This document shows positions 21,211 to 24,000 of a stretch of DNA of 24,000 nucleotides, piece by piece. The DNA lies in assembly GCF_014522245.1 (NCBI RefSeq), contig NZ_CP058596.1, one strand, 5' to 3'. The number at the start of each line of letters is the position of its first letter. Position 1 is the first letter of the stretch. Position numbers and translations under genes: made by a program. This DNA is from Escherichia coli. Lineage in GTDB: Bacteria > Pseudomonadota > Gammaproteobacteria > Enterobacterales > Enterobacteriaceae. The notes beneath the pieces were generated by a model, which did no database searches, was not told the DNA's origin, and was given only the letters and a program-made list of their open reading frames with translations.

Positions 21211-21471
21211 ATGAAAACTATCAATACTGTTGTTGCTGCTATGGCTCTTTCAACTCTGTCATTTGGTGTGTTCGCGGCGGAACCGGTAACGGCATCCCAG
21301 GCACAGAACATGAATAAAATCGGCGTGGTTTCTGCCGATGGCGCATCCACCCTCGATGCCCTGGAAGCGAAACTGGCTGAGAAAGCCGCGGCGGCCGGTG
21401 CCAGTGGATACAGCATCACTTCTGCCACCAACAACAATAAATTAAGCGGTACTGCGGTAATTTATAAGTAA
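21211..21471 (+). CDS. ybiJ: Small secreted YhcN/DUF1471-family protein YbiJ
   Basis: 86 aa MKTINTVVAAMALSTLSFGVFAAEPV...GASGYSITSATNNNKLSGTAVIYK, with gcgagagat upstream of the ATG. Confidence 0.94.
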   Translation: MKTINTVVAAMALSTLSFGVFAAEPVTASQAQNMNKIGVVSADGASTLDALEAKLAEKAAAAGASGYSITSATNNNKLSGTAVIYK

Positions 21472-21474
21472 TTC

Positions 21475-21551
21475 GTAGGACGGATAAGGCGTTTACGCCG
21501 CATCCGGCAACAGATGCCTGATGCGACGCTACCGCGTCTTATCAGACCTAC
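21475..21551. repeat. REP/BIME-type elements downstream of ybiJ
   Basis: gtaggacggataaggcgtttacgccgcatccggc at 21475-21508, followed by tgcctgatgcgacgctaccgcgtcttatcagacctac at 21515-21551. Confidence 0.9.
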
Positions 21552-21671
21552 AAAATCCGAACCGTTGGCTGGATCAGGCGTTTACGCTACGTTCAGCACA
21601 AGTATTTCCCTGTCTGTTTGCCGACAGACGCATATGCTCTAACCCTCATTGATCCTATGTTACCCTTGTTT

Positions 21672-21698
21672 GCCCGTCCGCCACTGGACGGGCTTTTT

Positions 21699-21700
<2 letters not shown>
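21672..21700 (+). terminator. Intrinsic terminator between the convergent genes ybiJ and hcxB
   Basis: gcccgtcc-gccact-ggacgggc-ttttttt. Confidence 0.88.
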
Positions 21701-23887
<2,187 letters not shown>

Positions 23888-23914
23888 TTACGACTCCTTA
23901 CCTGACTCACATCA

Positions 23915-24000
23915 TTAACGCCGCCGACGGCGTGGGGATTTCGTTTTTTCTTTCTTTTTAACTATACCTTCAGGGACTTCCGGTTGCTCTATCGGAAATA
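23915..24000 (-). CDS. dinG: C-terminal end of the ATP-dependent helicase DinG (truncated by the window end)
   Basis: Manual translation of the minus strand gives ...FPIEQPEVPEGIVKKKEKTKSPRRRRR* with the stop at 23915-23917, 27 nt upstream of ybiB. The helicase body is outside the window, so the name rests mainly on synteny. Confidence 0.8.
   Translation of the reverse strand, partial: FPIEQPEVPEGIVKKKEKTKSPRRRRR

Overview
This 24 kb window is ordinary enterobacterial core chromosome. Gene content and order match the Escherichia coli K-12-type pflF-to-dinG region, written in the reverse of the usual K-12 map direction. From start to end I read: pflF (3' end), ybiV, ybiT(-), ldtB/ybiS, ybiR(-), mntR(-), mntS (42 aa, absent from the supplied ORF track), opgE/ybiP, ompX(-), rhtA, dps, glnH-glnP-glnQ, ybiO, rlmF(-), mcbA/ybiM, fiu, ybiX, ybiI, ybiJ, ybiC/hcxB(-), ybiB(-) and dinG (3' end, -). 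Gene names come from recognising the protein sequences, not from a database search. I found no CRISPR array, prophage, transposon, defence island, toxin-antitoxin pair or biosynthetic cluster, and nothing that supports a previously undescribed system. The points worth a second look are local: the divergent mntR/mntS locus, the mntR-ybiR ATGA overlap, the unexplained mntS-opgE gap, the two YhcN/DUF1471 paralogues flanking the iron locus fiu-ybiX-ybiI, a near-duplicated hairpin flanking REP-like DNA before ybiX, the non-canonical sigma-54 promoter of glnH, and several intergenic palindromes.
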